Assembly: GCA_902628525.1 (NCBI GenBank)
Contig: CACOMZ010000001.1
Location: 141,186 to 205,185, forward strand
DNA: 64,000 nt
Source: an uncultured Pelagibacteraceae bacterium
GTDB lineage: Bacteria > Pseudomonadota > Alphaproteobacteria > Pelagibacterales > Pelagibacteraceae
Direction: 5' to 3'
Shown here: positions 39,245 to 47,949 of the stretch, piece after piece
How the letters are laid out: each line of letters opens with the position of its first letter
Numbering within the stretch: the first letter of the stretch is position 1
Position numbers and translations under genes: made by a program
The notes under the pieces: model-generated
What the model saw: the letters and a program-made list of their open reading frames with translations, nothing else
What the model was told of the DNA's origin: nothing
Database searches by the model: none

Positions 39245-40906
39245 ATGAAAGTTGAATTAAGAGACCCAAACAAAATAATGAAATTATCAAGGTTAGGATC
39301 TTTTCATCAATCAAAATTATCTTTTTTAAGAAGTTTTCTTAATGAATTTAAAGAGTGGGAATACAAAAGAGATTTATTTAATTTAAATGAAAACGGTTTT
39401 GGTGAAGCTGTTTATTCATTTAAAAAAGATAAAAGGGTTTATTCTTTGGTTTGCTTTGCAAATGAAATCAAAGATGAAGAAAGATCAGATAGAGTTATTG
39501 CTACAAAATGGGATGCAGCGTTTACACTACATGATGGCGTTCCCACAAAAAAAGATATTGAAAGATTAAAAAATGAAGTTCCAAAACAAGAAGTTGGTAG
39601 ACTTTCTTATAAAGAATTAACTTTATCAAGAGCAAACAAATCAGTAAGAATTTATAATCACGTAGTTGAAAGTTTAAGCAAAGGTCAGCAACCAGATTTA
39701 AACTTATTATCAAAAGTAGGCTATTTATATAGGACTACTGCAGTATATGGCTCAGGTAAATTTGGTCTTGCAGATCGATTTAGAATTAAAAATCGTGAAG
39801 AAATTAATGGTCCATTCAGATTAGAAATGATGTTGGTTTATTTGGTAAGACAATTTACTTTTGATCAGGTTAATCATGTTGCTTATCACAAAAACCCAAA
39901 ATCAGCTGTTAAACTAGATCATAACATTTGTAAAAACTTAGGAATTGGAAATTCTACAGGCTTAGGCATGGCTCCTTTTATAGTTAATCACCCAACACTA
40001 CTAAACAATTGGATTTTAAGTAGAGAAAGAGCACTTAAAAAAATTAGAGAAATAAAAGATGTAAAATATCAAGATAGCGACTTGTTTATAGATTGTGTAA
40101 AAAAATCATTAAGAAACATAACAAGCTGGAATACTGATAGTGAATATCAAAAAAAAAAAATTTCTTTATTATTAAAGGATGTTGAAAAATTCTTAAATTT
40201 CTTAGACAAAGATTTTAATTTTGAAACCGAATATCCTTTTAACAAAATATATCAATGGTTAGAGGACAATACTTGTGAGGAATGTATTGAATACATAGTT
40301 TCAATAATGATGGAACCCTATAATGATATTGTAAATCCTTTGGTAAAAGAAATGAGCTCGGAAGAAGAAAAATATTTTAATATACCAACGTATAGAAAAG
40401 TTGAAGAATTACGAAATATTATTGAAGAAAAGTATACAAATATTTTAGATATTAATTTTGAAGAAAAAGAAAATAATAAAAACTTTTGGTTTATTTCGAA
40501 AAATAAAGAAGAGCCCAGATTAGCAAATCGTTTTGAAGAGCATGGATCAGAATTAGAACAACCTTTAGCAATTGCAAGAGATATAAAAAAACTTTATGAA
40601 AAATTATTAGTCTCAAAAAATAGTTTAACTATTGCTGATTTTTTAACATCAAATTCTGAGTTAAGACATGTTGTCAGAAGAGCTTTCATTGTAGAAAAAT
40701 TTCCTTATTCAGAAATTCAAGATAATACAATTGGTAAAGATTTAATGCCAATTGATATGCTAAGATTAAAATTATCTTTTTTTGGAGCATTAAAATTTGA
40801 TCCACGATCTGACAAATGGTTAAGAATTTGCATGTTCCAAGGAGCTCCACTTCCAAATGAGCTTAAAAGTTATGACGAGCATTGGGTATATAAAACCAAT
40901 ATTTAA
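39245..40906 (+). CDS. Hypothetical protein (553 aa)
   Basis: Long ORF 2 nt after the dipeptidase-like gene. Conserved-looking blocks (TTAVYGSGKFG, GIGNSTGLGMAPF). No family recognised. Confidence 0.82.
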   Translation: MKVELRDPNKIMKLSRLGSFHQSKLSFLRSFLNEFKEWEYKRDLFNLNENGFGEAVYSFKKDKRVYSLVCFANEIKDEERSDRVIATKWDAAFTLHDGVPTKKDIERLKNEVPKQEVGRLSYKELTLSRANKSVRIYNHVVESLSKGQQPDLNLLSKVGYLYRTTAVYGSGKFGLADRFRIKNREEINGPFRLEMMLVYLVRQFTFDQVNHVAYHKNPKSAVKLDHNICKNLGIGNSTGLGMAPFIVNHPTLLNNWILSRERALKKIREIKDVKYQDSDLFIDCVKKSLRNITSWNTDSEYQKKKISLLLKDVEKFLNFLDKDFNFETEYPFNKIYQWLEDNTCEECIEYIVSIMMEPYNDIVNPLVKEMSSEEEKYFNIPTYRKVEELRNIIEEKYTNILDINFEEKENNKNFWFISKNKEEPRLANRFEEHGSELEQPLAIARDIKKLYEKLLVSKNSLTIADFLTSNSELRHVVRRAFIVEKFPYSEIQDNTIGKDLMPIDMLRLKLSFFGALKFDPRSDKWLRICMFQGAPLPNELKSYDEHWVYKTNI

Positions 40907-40908
40907 AA

Positions 40909-41520
40909 ATGAAATCACTGAGTGAAATTGAAACTACCGTAAAAAGAGCTTCAAAAGCGGCAGGATATTCTTGGGGAGTTTCTGAAGAAACAGGAAAAAG
41001 TATAAGGTTGTTAGAGTTATTTAGTTTACCGGGTGTTAAGCATCTTAATGAATATTTTAATGAAAAAAATAAAAGTAAATTTGAAAATTTAAATTTAATT
41101 AGTAAAAATAACCCTTTATCAAAAAATCCCTACTGTCCAATTGCTTTAGGTGTTAGTTTTTTAGATCAAATAAATGTTTTAGAAAATTTACAAAAAATTG
41201 AATTTAAAAATGTTGCTTATCCAATAATTTTTATTTCCTTCATAAGTCGTTCATCAGAAATTGTTGGAAAAAAAATTTATGTAAAAATAGATAAAAAAAA
41301 AATTTTACTAAATTTAAATGTGAATATAAATTCAAATTTTATTGATCAAGAATTTCCAAAAATAGCAAATACAATTGAGGTCATTCTGCTTGAAAATGAA
41401 GATAATTTTACAGATGATGAATGGAATAATTTATATAAATTATCTGAAGAAACTTTTGTCGAAGAAAGTGACAGTTTAAAAGAGGGTGCTGCAGGTGCTG
41501 GTTTGACTGATAATGATTGA
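40909..41520 (+). CDS. DUF3726-like protein
   Basis: N-terminal SLSEIE..VKRA..G.SWG..EE and C-terminal FVEESD....GAAGAGLTDND, as recalled for DUF3726. Confidence 0.7.
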   Translation: MKSLSEIETTVKRASKAAGYSWGVSEETGKSIRLLELFSLPGVKHLNEYFNEKNKSKFENLNLISKNNPLSKNPYCPIALGVSFLDQINVLENLQKIEFKNVAYPIIFISFISRSSEIVGKKIYVKIDKKKILLNLNVNINSNFIDQEFPKIANTIEVILLENEDNFTDDEWNNLYKLSEETFVEESDSLKEGAAGAGLTDND

Positions 41521-41680
41521 CAAAATTGATGAAAAAAATCTTAAGGTAGATACTGAAGAATTAAATAATATTTGTGACGAATGCAAAGAGGAGGACGAAA
41601 GTGTTACTCAAAATTTAATTCTTACTGGATTTAAATTGTGTAAATCTTGTAGAGTATCTAAGACTATTTTTCCACTTTAA
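41513..41680 (+). CDS. Small zinc-finger-like protein (55 aa, not in the ORF track)
   Basis: MIDKIDEKNLKVDTEELNNICDECKEEDESVTQNLILTGFKLCKSCRVSKTIFPL, with two CxxC motifs. Overlaps the upstream gene by 8 nt and fills the gap. Confidence 0.65.
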   Translation: MIDKIDEKNLKVDTEELNNICDECKEEDESVTQNLILTGFKLCKSCRVSKTIFPL

Positions 41681-42222
41681 CTAATTTGACTAACTGGAAG
41701 CATATTCATTCTGCTCATCACAAATGAGATAGATAAAAATGCTATAATTAAAAAAGATAAAAGTACAATCCCAAAAGATTTAAAATTAGATTTTAAACTC
41801 AATATTTGTTTAGTTGATATTATTAAAGCTGCAAAAATCCAAAACTGGGTAAGGAAAATTATTGGGATCATTAAATCTGGTGTGACAGCAAAAAATCTTA
41901 ATAAACCAGGTGCATGTGCAAAACCAACTGCTGTTAAAACTTTTTTGAACGAAACTTTGGTTTGCTTATCGGGAAATAATTTAACTCCAATTACAAAAAT
42001 AAAAATTGCCCAGATTAACCAAGTAACTATTGCGGTAAGACCAGACATTGCAACAGCAGTTTTAATGATTGTATTTGCAGCTACTGCCCCTGCAATACCA
42101 TCTAGAATCATTATAATCCCAGCAAAGTATATTGATGCTTCTCCAAAATTTTTATTATCTGAATAGAGAGTTTTGTCTAACTTGATTGACTTAAAAATTA
42201 TATTTAAAAATTCAGCAAACAT
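41677..42222 (-). CDS. Multi-pass membrane protein (Yip1-like)
   Basis: Five hydrophobic segments. FKKVLTAVGFAHAP resembles the Yip1 core. Confidence 0.7.
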   Translation of the reverse strand: MFAEFLNIIFKSIKLDKTLYSDNKNFGEASIYFAGIIMILDGIAGAVAANTIIKTAVAMSGLTAIVTWLIWAIFIFVIGVKLFPDKQTKVSFKKVLTAVGFAHAPGLLRFFAVTPDLMIPIIFLTQFWIFAALIISTKQILSLKSNFKSFGIVLLSFLIIAFLSISFVMSRMNMLPVSQIS

Positions 42223-42332
42223 TAATTTTTTTTATTTTTATTTTTTTGAGCCTTATAAGATACAATTAATGGAAATATTATTAAAGCAATAGCAATGATA
42301 ATGCAAACTGCTATTAAAAAGCTTTTTGTCAT
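42222..42332 (-). CDS. Small membrane peptide (36 aa, not in the ORF track)
   Basis: MTKSFLIAVCIIIAIALIIFPLIVSYKAQKNKNKKN. Its TAA overlaps the next ATG (TAATG). Confidence 0.5.
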   Translation of the reverse strand: MTKSFLIAVCIIIAIALIIFPLIVSYKAQKNKNKKN

Positions 42333-42340
42333 TAGAATTG

Positions 42341-42366
42341 AAAAGGGGAGCTGAAATTAGCTCCCC
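42341..42366 (-). terminator. Rho-independent terminator after the GcvT-family gene
   Basis: Minus strand GGGGAGCT-AATTTC-AGCTCCCC followed by TTTT. Confidence 0.8.
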
Positions 42367-42375
42367 CTATAAATT

Positions 42376-43734
42376 TTAGCCTTTCACAACTTCTCTTGTA
42401 TTTGCGTTGAAAGACTCTTTGAATGGAATATCCACAACTACAGCATCTACAGGTGTTCCTGGAGTGTCTGAGTATTTTTCTGGAAGATGAACCTTAAATT
42501 TAGTTCCTACTTTTCCTTTAGGAAATCCATTAGGGTTTAAAGTTCCATCAAAAGGGACATAACCCATCGCTATATTAGTTTTCTTTTCCGGGTGCCACCA
42601 TGGTGAAGTTAAAAATCCCACAGGATCTCCTCCGTTCTCAGGCGATACAAGCCAAAAGTCAGGTGCGTAATCTTCAATAGGTTTTCCACCCAACTCCATT
42701 CCAACTAATTGAAGTTTGTAGGGTTTTTGACCAGCTGCAATTTCTGCTTTCATTTTTTCAAGAGCAGCTTTACCAACATAATCAGATTTTTTATTCCACT
42801 CACCTTTTCCAGATAAAGAAACTTGATATCCTAAATTACATTGAAAAGGGTTGTGTTGTTGATCCATATCTTGTCCCCAAGAGAGAATACCAGCTTGAAT
42901 TCTTCTATGGTGTGCGGGTGCAATTACCATTAAGCTGTGTTTTTTTCCAGCATCTAGTACTGCATTCCACATATCTTCCGCGTATTGTGTTGCATTTCTA
43001 AGATATATTTCATAACCAGCTTCTCCAGAAAAACCAGATTGAGAAATTACACAACTTCTTCCACCAATATTTGCTTCAGCTAGTCCATAAAAAGGCATAT
43101 TATCAAAATCAACCTGATCTCCACAAAGGTCTTTCATCAAAGCTTTTGATTTTGGACCCTGAATTTGAACTGGGCAAGCATCAATTTCTTCAATTGTGCA
43201 ATTAAATCTGCCGTCTGCGTTAACTCCTTGCAAATACATACCAATATCAGAATCAGATAACGAAAACCAAAATTCGTCTTCAGAAATTCTTAAAAGAATT
43301 GGATCATTTAAAACTCCACCGTATGCATTACATAAAATTACGTATCTTGCTCTCATTGGAGAAATCTTTGTGGCATCCCTTGTAATAACATAATCTGTGA
43401 ATTTTTCTGCGTCTGGACCTTTAACTCTAATTTGTCTCTCTACTGCAACGTTCCACATTGTTACATGATTTACAATAGCATCATATTCAACCATTGCCCC
43501 ACCATCTTCGGGTTTAACATAGCCTCTTGGATGATAAATTCGATTGTATACCGTTGCTCTCCAACATCCTGCTTGCATTGATAAATGCCAATAAGGTGAT
43601 TTTCTTACCCTTGTTGAAATTAATAATTCAACTTTTGTTGGCCCACTTTGTCTTAAGTTATATGGTACTTCTCTGTCTGATTGATCAACAGATGTAACAT
43701 GTTTTAGTTTTGTATAGTCAAATTCATTAGACAT
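42376..43734 (-). CDS. GcvT-family THF-dependent demethylase/aminomethyltransferase (DmdA-like)
   Basis: VTMWNVAVERQI.V.GPDA, LNDPILLR, FWFSLSDSD, IQGPKS, QSGFSGEAGYEIY. Longer than DmdA, with N- and C-terminal insertions. Confidence 0.87.
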   Translation of the reverse strand: MSNEFDYTKLKHVTSVDQSDREVPYNLRQSGPTKVELLISTRVRKSPYWHLSMQAGCWRATVYNRIYHPRGYVKPEDGGAMVEYDAIVNHVTMWNVAVERQIRVKGPDAEKFTDYVITRDATKISPMRARYVILCNAYGGVLNDPILLRISEDEFWFSLSDSDIGMYLQGVNADGRFNCTIEEIDACPVQIQGPKSKALMKDLCGDQVDFDNMPFYGLAEANIGGRSCVISQSGFSGEAGYEIYLRNATQYAEDMWNAVLDAGKKHSLMVIAPAHHRRIQAGILSWGQDMDQQHNPFQCNLGYQVSLSGKGEWNKKSDYVGKAALEKMKAEIAAGQKPYKLQLVGMELGGKPIEDYAPDFWLVSPENGGDPVGFLTSPWWHPEKKTNIAMGYVPFDGTLNPNGFPKGKVGTKFKVHLPEKYSDTPGTPVDAVVVDIPFKESFNANTREVVKG

Positions 43735-44455
43735 AACTATTCTCCCTCAACCACTTGTTTGTTTCCTTCAAGCCGCCGAATGTATAAATGTGGAAGTTAT
43801 CAGTATGCGATTTAACTTTCCCAATTAAATCATTAGGGTCTTTAGGTTTCAATAAATCTAATGCCTTAGTAAAATTAGATTTAAGAAAGTTTAAGGAATT
43901 TTTTGCCCCAACAATATTAGCAAATTTTATTAAGCTAGATATTTTTAATGGCCCAGTGATTCCCACATGCACTGGTACGCTTTGCTTAGAAATAAAATCT
44001 ATGATAGGCTGAGGATCTAGTAACCACTGGGTTACAATATAATCAGCGTAAGGCTTTTTATCTATCATAGCTTTTTCTAAATCTGAGTCGGATATATCAG
44101 GACTCCCCTCTGGATGTCCAGCAATTCCTATTTTCATTTTTTCAAAGTAACCTGTTTCTAAAAGTTGAAAAGAACTATCAAATTTTCCTGTAGGCTCTCT
44201 ACCACCTCCTATAATCAAAGCTTGTTTTACTCCACCATCTTTGCATCTTGAAACATAATCTTTAAGTTCGTTTTCATCCTGCATTGATCTTGCTGGAAAG
44301 TGAGGAACAGGGTTAAATCCTTTTTTTACTAGTTCAATGGCTTTTTCAGCTGTCTCTTTATAGTCTCCGCCAGGCAGCATTGTAATGTAAACGTCATTCA
44401 CAGCAGGGACTGTTTCGATGTCGGTTTTAGGGCCTATTTCCAAAGAAAAATTCAT
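43727..44455 (-). CDS. metF: Methylenetetrahydrofolate reductase (short form)
   Basis: FSLE, PVPHFPARS, AGHPEGSP, YIVTQ, HIYTFGG. Confidence 0.85.
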   Translation of the reverse strand: MNFSLEIGPKTDIETVPAVNDVYITMLPGGDYKETAEKAIELVKKGFNPVPHFPARSMQDENELKDYVSRCKDGGVKQALIIGGGREPTGKFDSSFQLLETGYFEKMKIGIAGHPEGSPDISDSDLEKAMIDKKPYADYIVTQWLLDPQPIIDFISKQSVPVHVGITGPLKISSLIKFANIVGAKNSLNFLKSNFTKALDLLKPKDPNDLIGKVKSHTDNFHIYTFGGLKETNKWLRENSYV

Positions 44456-44519
44456 TTTTTCTGGATCTTTATTTATTTTAAAATACGAGTCTAGAAAATT
44501 CGATGCCTCAAAGTATCAA

Positions 44520-45404
44520 CTACTTTATTTGACCTCTATGCTTTTGGATCCTTCTCCCATACTCTTGAGTTACCCTATCAAAAACAATTGCAAGAGCCAC
44601 TATTGCTAATCCGTTCATCATACCAAGTGCCAAATATTGGTTAGAAACAGCTCTCAATATCGGGACACCAAGACCTTTAACACCTATCATAGAGGCGATA
44701 ACTACCATGGCCAGAGCCATCATAATCGTCTGATTTACGCCAGCAAAAACAGTAGGTAAAGCAAGTGGAATTTGAACAGATTTTAATTTTTGAGTTGTGG
44801 TTGCTCCAAAAGCCTCACTAGCCTCTAAAGTTTCTTTGTCCACTTCTCTTATGCCCAGATTAGTTAATCTGATAATTGGAGGAACTGCATAAACACAAAC
44901 AGCAATTAATCCTGGAACTTTTCCAATTCCTAACAACATCAAAATTGGTATTAAATAAACAAAACTAGGAATTGTTTGCATCATATCTAAAATAGGAAGT
45001 ATTGTTTTTTCTGCTCTAGTAGATCTTGACATGATAATTCCTATTGGAATTCCAACAACAATGCAGATAATTGTACAAACTGTAATAATAGCAACTGTTG
45101 CCATACAATCTTCCCACATTCCAAAATAGCCAATTAATAAGAAAGCAATTGCACTACCTGTAACTAATTTCCAACTTTTTGAACCCAACCAGGCCAATCC
45201 ACAAATTATTGCAATAATCATTATCCATGGTGTAGATAAAAGTAATTTTTCCAATGATACTAAAAAAAATAATAATGGATCAAAAAATGCTTCTATATTA
45301 TCACCATATTCTCTTGAAAAATTTCTAAAGGCTAAGTCTATACCTTTTCTTAACTCCATTTGGGATTTTCTTCCCATTTCTGGAAATTCAGTAAAAAATT
45401 CCAT
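44520..45404 (-). CDS. Glycine betaine/proline-type ABC transporter permease (ProW family)
   Basis: LDMMQTIPSFVYLIP, RLTNLGIREV..EA..AFG, QIPLALP, AGVNQT. Confidence 0.9.
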   Translation of the reverse strand: MEFFTEFPEMGRKSQMELRKGIDLAFRNFSREYGDNIEAFFDPLLFFLVSLEKLLLSTPWIMIIAIICGLAWLGSKSWKLVTGSAIAFLLIGYFGMWEDCMATVAIITVCTIICIVVGIPIGIIMSRSTRAEKTILPILDMMQTIPSFVYLIPILMLLGIGKVPGLIAVCVYAVPPIIRLTNLGIREVDKETLEASEAFGATTTQKLKSVQIPLALPTVFAGVNQTIMMALAMVVIASMIGVKGLGVPILRAVSNQYLALGMMNGLAIVALAIVFDRVTQEYGRRIQKHRGQIK

Positions 45405-45416
45405 AAATATAATTTT

Positions 45417-45445
45417 TTACGAGCCTATATTAAATAGGCTCGTAA
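45417..45445. other. Intergenic stem-loop between the SBP and permease genes (mRNA stabiliser or attenuator)
   Basis: Perfect 12-bp TTACGAGCCTAT-attaa-ATAGGCTCGTAA. No U-tract on the coding (minus) strand. Confidence 0.6.
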
Positions 45446-45456
45446 TTAAAAGTTAA

Positions 45457-46476
45457 TTATAAACTTTTTTTGATTTTTTTTGCAGCATCAGAAGACACCC
45501 ACTTAGTCCAAATATCTTCATGCTTAATTAAAAACTCAACTGCAGCATCTGAACCTTTTGCTTGATTGTCTGCCATATAAACTAGCATTCCATTCATTAC
45601 TGTACCTGGATAAGTTCTCTTTTCAACATAACCAAGAACATCTTTTCCACCAGTTTTAGCAAAGTTAGCACTTACAATCGAGTTTACCTCTGATTTTGTC
45701 CATGCAGTTGGTTTTGGATTTGCACAATCTTGCTCAGCAAGAGTAATACAATTATCCCAATTATCTCTTCCTGCAAAAGGGACACCAAAGTCAACTGGTT
45801 GTAAATTATATTTTCCAACCATTGATGTAGGGTTCCAATAATAACCAAACCAAGGTTCACCAGAATCTGACGCTTTTGCAATAGAACCATCTAAACCTGC
45901 GGCTGAACCTGGATCAATAAGTTTCCATCCTTTTTTTTCCATCTCAAACGCTCTGTATAGATTTGCGTTTGCTAATTGACATCCCCAACCAGCAGGGCAA
46001 CCCATAAATGCACCTTTTGATGGATCCTCTTTATCAGGAAATAAATCAGGTCTTTCCAAAATTTGCATAGCTGTCATACCTTTAAGCTCTGGGTGTTTTT
46101 TTAAAGCTGCTGGATTTAACCACCAACCTTCTCCAAGCCCAGTTATTGGTGCTTTGTTTGCAATAATTAATCTTTTCTCACTTACTGCTGCTTTTAAAGG
46201 AGTGTAAACTGCATTTGCCCATTGTTCTGGGTTCATGTCAGGAGTTCCTTTATCATTCATAGATGTAAATGTTGGCATAGTAGCACCAGGTACTAACTCG
46301 ACCTCACATCCGTATCCCTCTTCTAGGATAATTTTATCAACGTTTGCCATTAACTCGGCAGAAGCCCAGTTTTGTTCGGCAATAACTAATTTTCCGCAAG
46401 CATTAGCAACATTGCTAACAGCCGTCATTCCAAAAGCAATAACTGCAGAAAGTAGTATTGTATTTAGTTTTTTCAT
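45457..46476 (-). CDS. Glycine betaine-type ABC transporter substrate-binding protein (ProX/OpuAC family)
   Basis: Signal peptide, NWASAE, GYGC, CPAGWGC, DPGSAAGLD, GYYWNP. Confidence 0.88.
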   Translation of the reverse strand: MKKLNTILLSAVIAFGMTAVSNVANACGKLVIAEQNWASAELMANVDKIILEEGYGCEVELVPGATMPTFTSMNDKGTPDMNPEQWANAVYTPLKAAVSEKRLIIANKAPITGLGEGWWLNPAALKKHPELKGMTAMQILERPDLFPDKEDPSKGAFMGCPAGWGCQLANANLYRAFEMEKKGWKLIDPGSAAGLDGSIAKASDSGEPWFGYYWNPTSMVGKYNLQPVDFGVPFAGRDNWDNCITLAEQDCANPKPTAWTKSEVNSIVSANFAKTGGKDVLGYVEKRTYPGTVMNGMLVYMADNQAKGSDAAVEFLIKHEDIWTKWVSSDAAKKIKKSL

Positions 46477-46535
46477 TATTTCTCCGTCAGTTTAATTTCT
46501 AATACATAACTAGAACATATCATCTTATAGATTGC

Positions 46536-46565
46536 AAATTACTTTCAACTTCAAGTTGAAGTCAA
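46536..46565 (-). promoter_or_regulatory. Putative promoter of the SBP gene with a dyad operator in the spacer
   Basis: Minus strand TTGACT-18 nt-TAATTT, enclosing the palindrome TTCAACTT-N-AAGTTGAA (46544-46560). Confidence 0.45.
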
Positions 46566-46747
46566 ATTGTCTTTAAAACTTAATTTTTTAGAGTTACAGT
46601 TTTAAAATGAAGTTTTATTCAAATTTCTTTTTTAAAGAATTTGTTTATTTGCTTAATTGTAAAACTGTTTTTCAACAAGTCATAATTAAAGAATCATAAA
46701 AACTAACTTTTCTTAATTAATCTCGAGATTGATTGAAAGGAGGTTTG

Positions 46748-47938
46748 ATGGAGATTGAAACTAGAAAGTTATCTCAAATAATTGATTTAAATAAGATCAG
46801 AGTTGTTAATAGACCTATTGAACAAGCTCATGGCCTTCCAAATGAGTGCTATACCAATAAAGATTATTTGTTTTTTGAAAGAAAAAAAATTTTTGAAAAT
46901 AAATGGGTGGTAGTAGGAGTTGGTAGTTCTATTCCCAATATAGGAGACGCAAAACCTTTTGATCTTCTTGGAATTCCTTTAATAATTTTAAGAGATAAAA
47001 ATAAAAAAATTCGTGTTTATCACAATGTTTGTAGTCATAGAGGATATAAAATTTTACAGGAAGAATGTAAGTTAAAAAATGTTATAAGGTGCCCATATCA
47101 TTCTTGGTCTTATGATATGAATGGAAAATTAGTTGCCACTCCTCACATAGGCGGCATGAATAAGCACAGCTGTAGTAATTTCAATAAGTCTAAAAGTTCT
47201 CTTAAAGAAGTGAAATCATATACATGGTTAGATTTAATATTTGTAAACTTAAATAATAATGAAATAGAATTTGAAAATTATATTAAACCTTTAAGTGATA
47301 GATGGGCTAAGTTCTGGCCAGAGGCTGATAGAGATCTTATGGTTTATTCTAATGATTATGGATATTTTAATCTAAATGCAAAATGTAATTGGAAATTTGC
47401 AATTGAAAATTATTGTGAAAGTTATCATCTTCCATGGGTTCATCCAGGACTTAATTCATATTCAAAGCTTGATGATCATTATCACATTCAAGGTTTACCA
47501 AACAGATTTGCTGGTCAGGGAACACTTGTCTATAATCCAAGGTTTAAAGGTAACTTAATTTTTCCTTGTTTTCCAAATTGGCCAAAAGACAAAGAGCATG
47601 TAGCGGAGTATGTTGCGCTATTTCCAAATGTAATGCTCGGAATTCATAAAGATCATTTTTATGCCTATTGGTTAGAACCGATAAGCAATGAATATACTAA
47701 AGAACACATGGAAATTTATTATGTTGGTAATGAGGCTGCTAACTCAAAAAAATTTAAATCATTACGAAAACAAAATTTTGAACTTTGGAAAGGAGTTCAA
47801 AGTGAAGATCTAAATATTATCGAAGGTATGCAGGAGGGAAGAAACTCCCCATCTTATAATGGAGGAAATTTTTCACCTAAAATGGATAATCCAACACACC
47901 ATTTTCATAAATGGGTTGCAAGTAACTTAATGAAATGA
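46748..47938 (+). CDS. Rieske non-heme iron oxygenase alpha subunit (choline monooxygenase/GbcA/CntA-like)
   Basis: CSHRG..CPYHSW Rieske ligands; ENYCESYH....H and ED mononuclear Fe site. Start set at ATG 46748 after the RBS AAGGAGG. Confidence 0.9.
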   Translation: MEIETRKLSQIIDLNKIRVVNRPIEQAHGLPNECYTNKDYLFFERKKIFENKWVVVGVGSSIPNIGDAKPFDLLGIPLIILRDKNKKIRVYHNVCSHRGYKILQEECKLKNVIRCPYHSWSYDMNGKLVATPHIGGMNKHSCSNFNKSKSSLKEVKSYTWLDLIFVNLNNNEIEFENYIKPLSDRWAKFWPEADRDLMVYSNDYGYFNLNAKCNWKFAIENYCESYHLPWVHPGLNSYSKLDDHYHIQGLPNRFAGQGTLVYNPRFKGNLIFPCFPNWPKDKEHVAEYVALFPNVMLGIHKDHFYAYWLEPISNEYTKEHMEIYYVGNEAANSKKFKSLRKQNFELWKGVQSEDLNIIEGMQEGRNSPSYNGGNFSPKMDNPTHHFHKWVASNLMK

Positions 47939-47949
47939 AAGGATAAATT

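Noticed and set aside
42376-43734. Calling this gene dmdA or gcvT outright
   Set aside because: It shares motifs with both, but it is longer than DmdA with insertions, and there is no gcvH/gcvP nearby. Substrate cannot be assigned from sequence.
46477-47949. SAM-V/SAM-II or glycine riboswitch upstream of the Rieske-bhmT operon
   Set aside because: I could not find the conserved aptamer elements by eye, and bhmT has only an 11-nt spacer. An Infernal/Rfam scan would be decisive.
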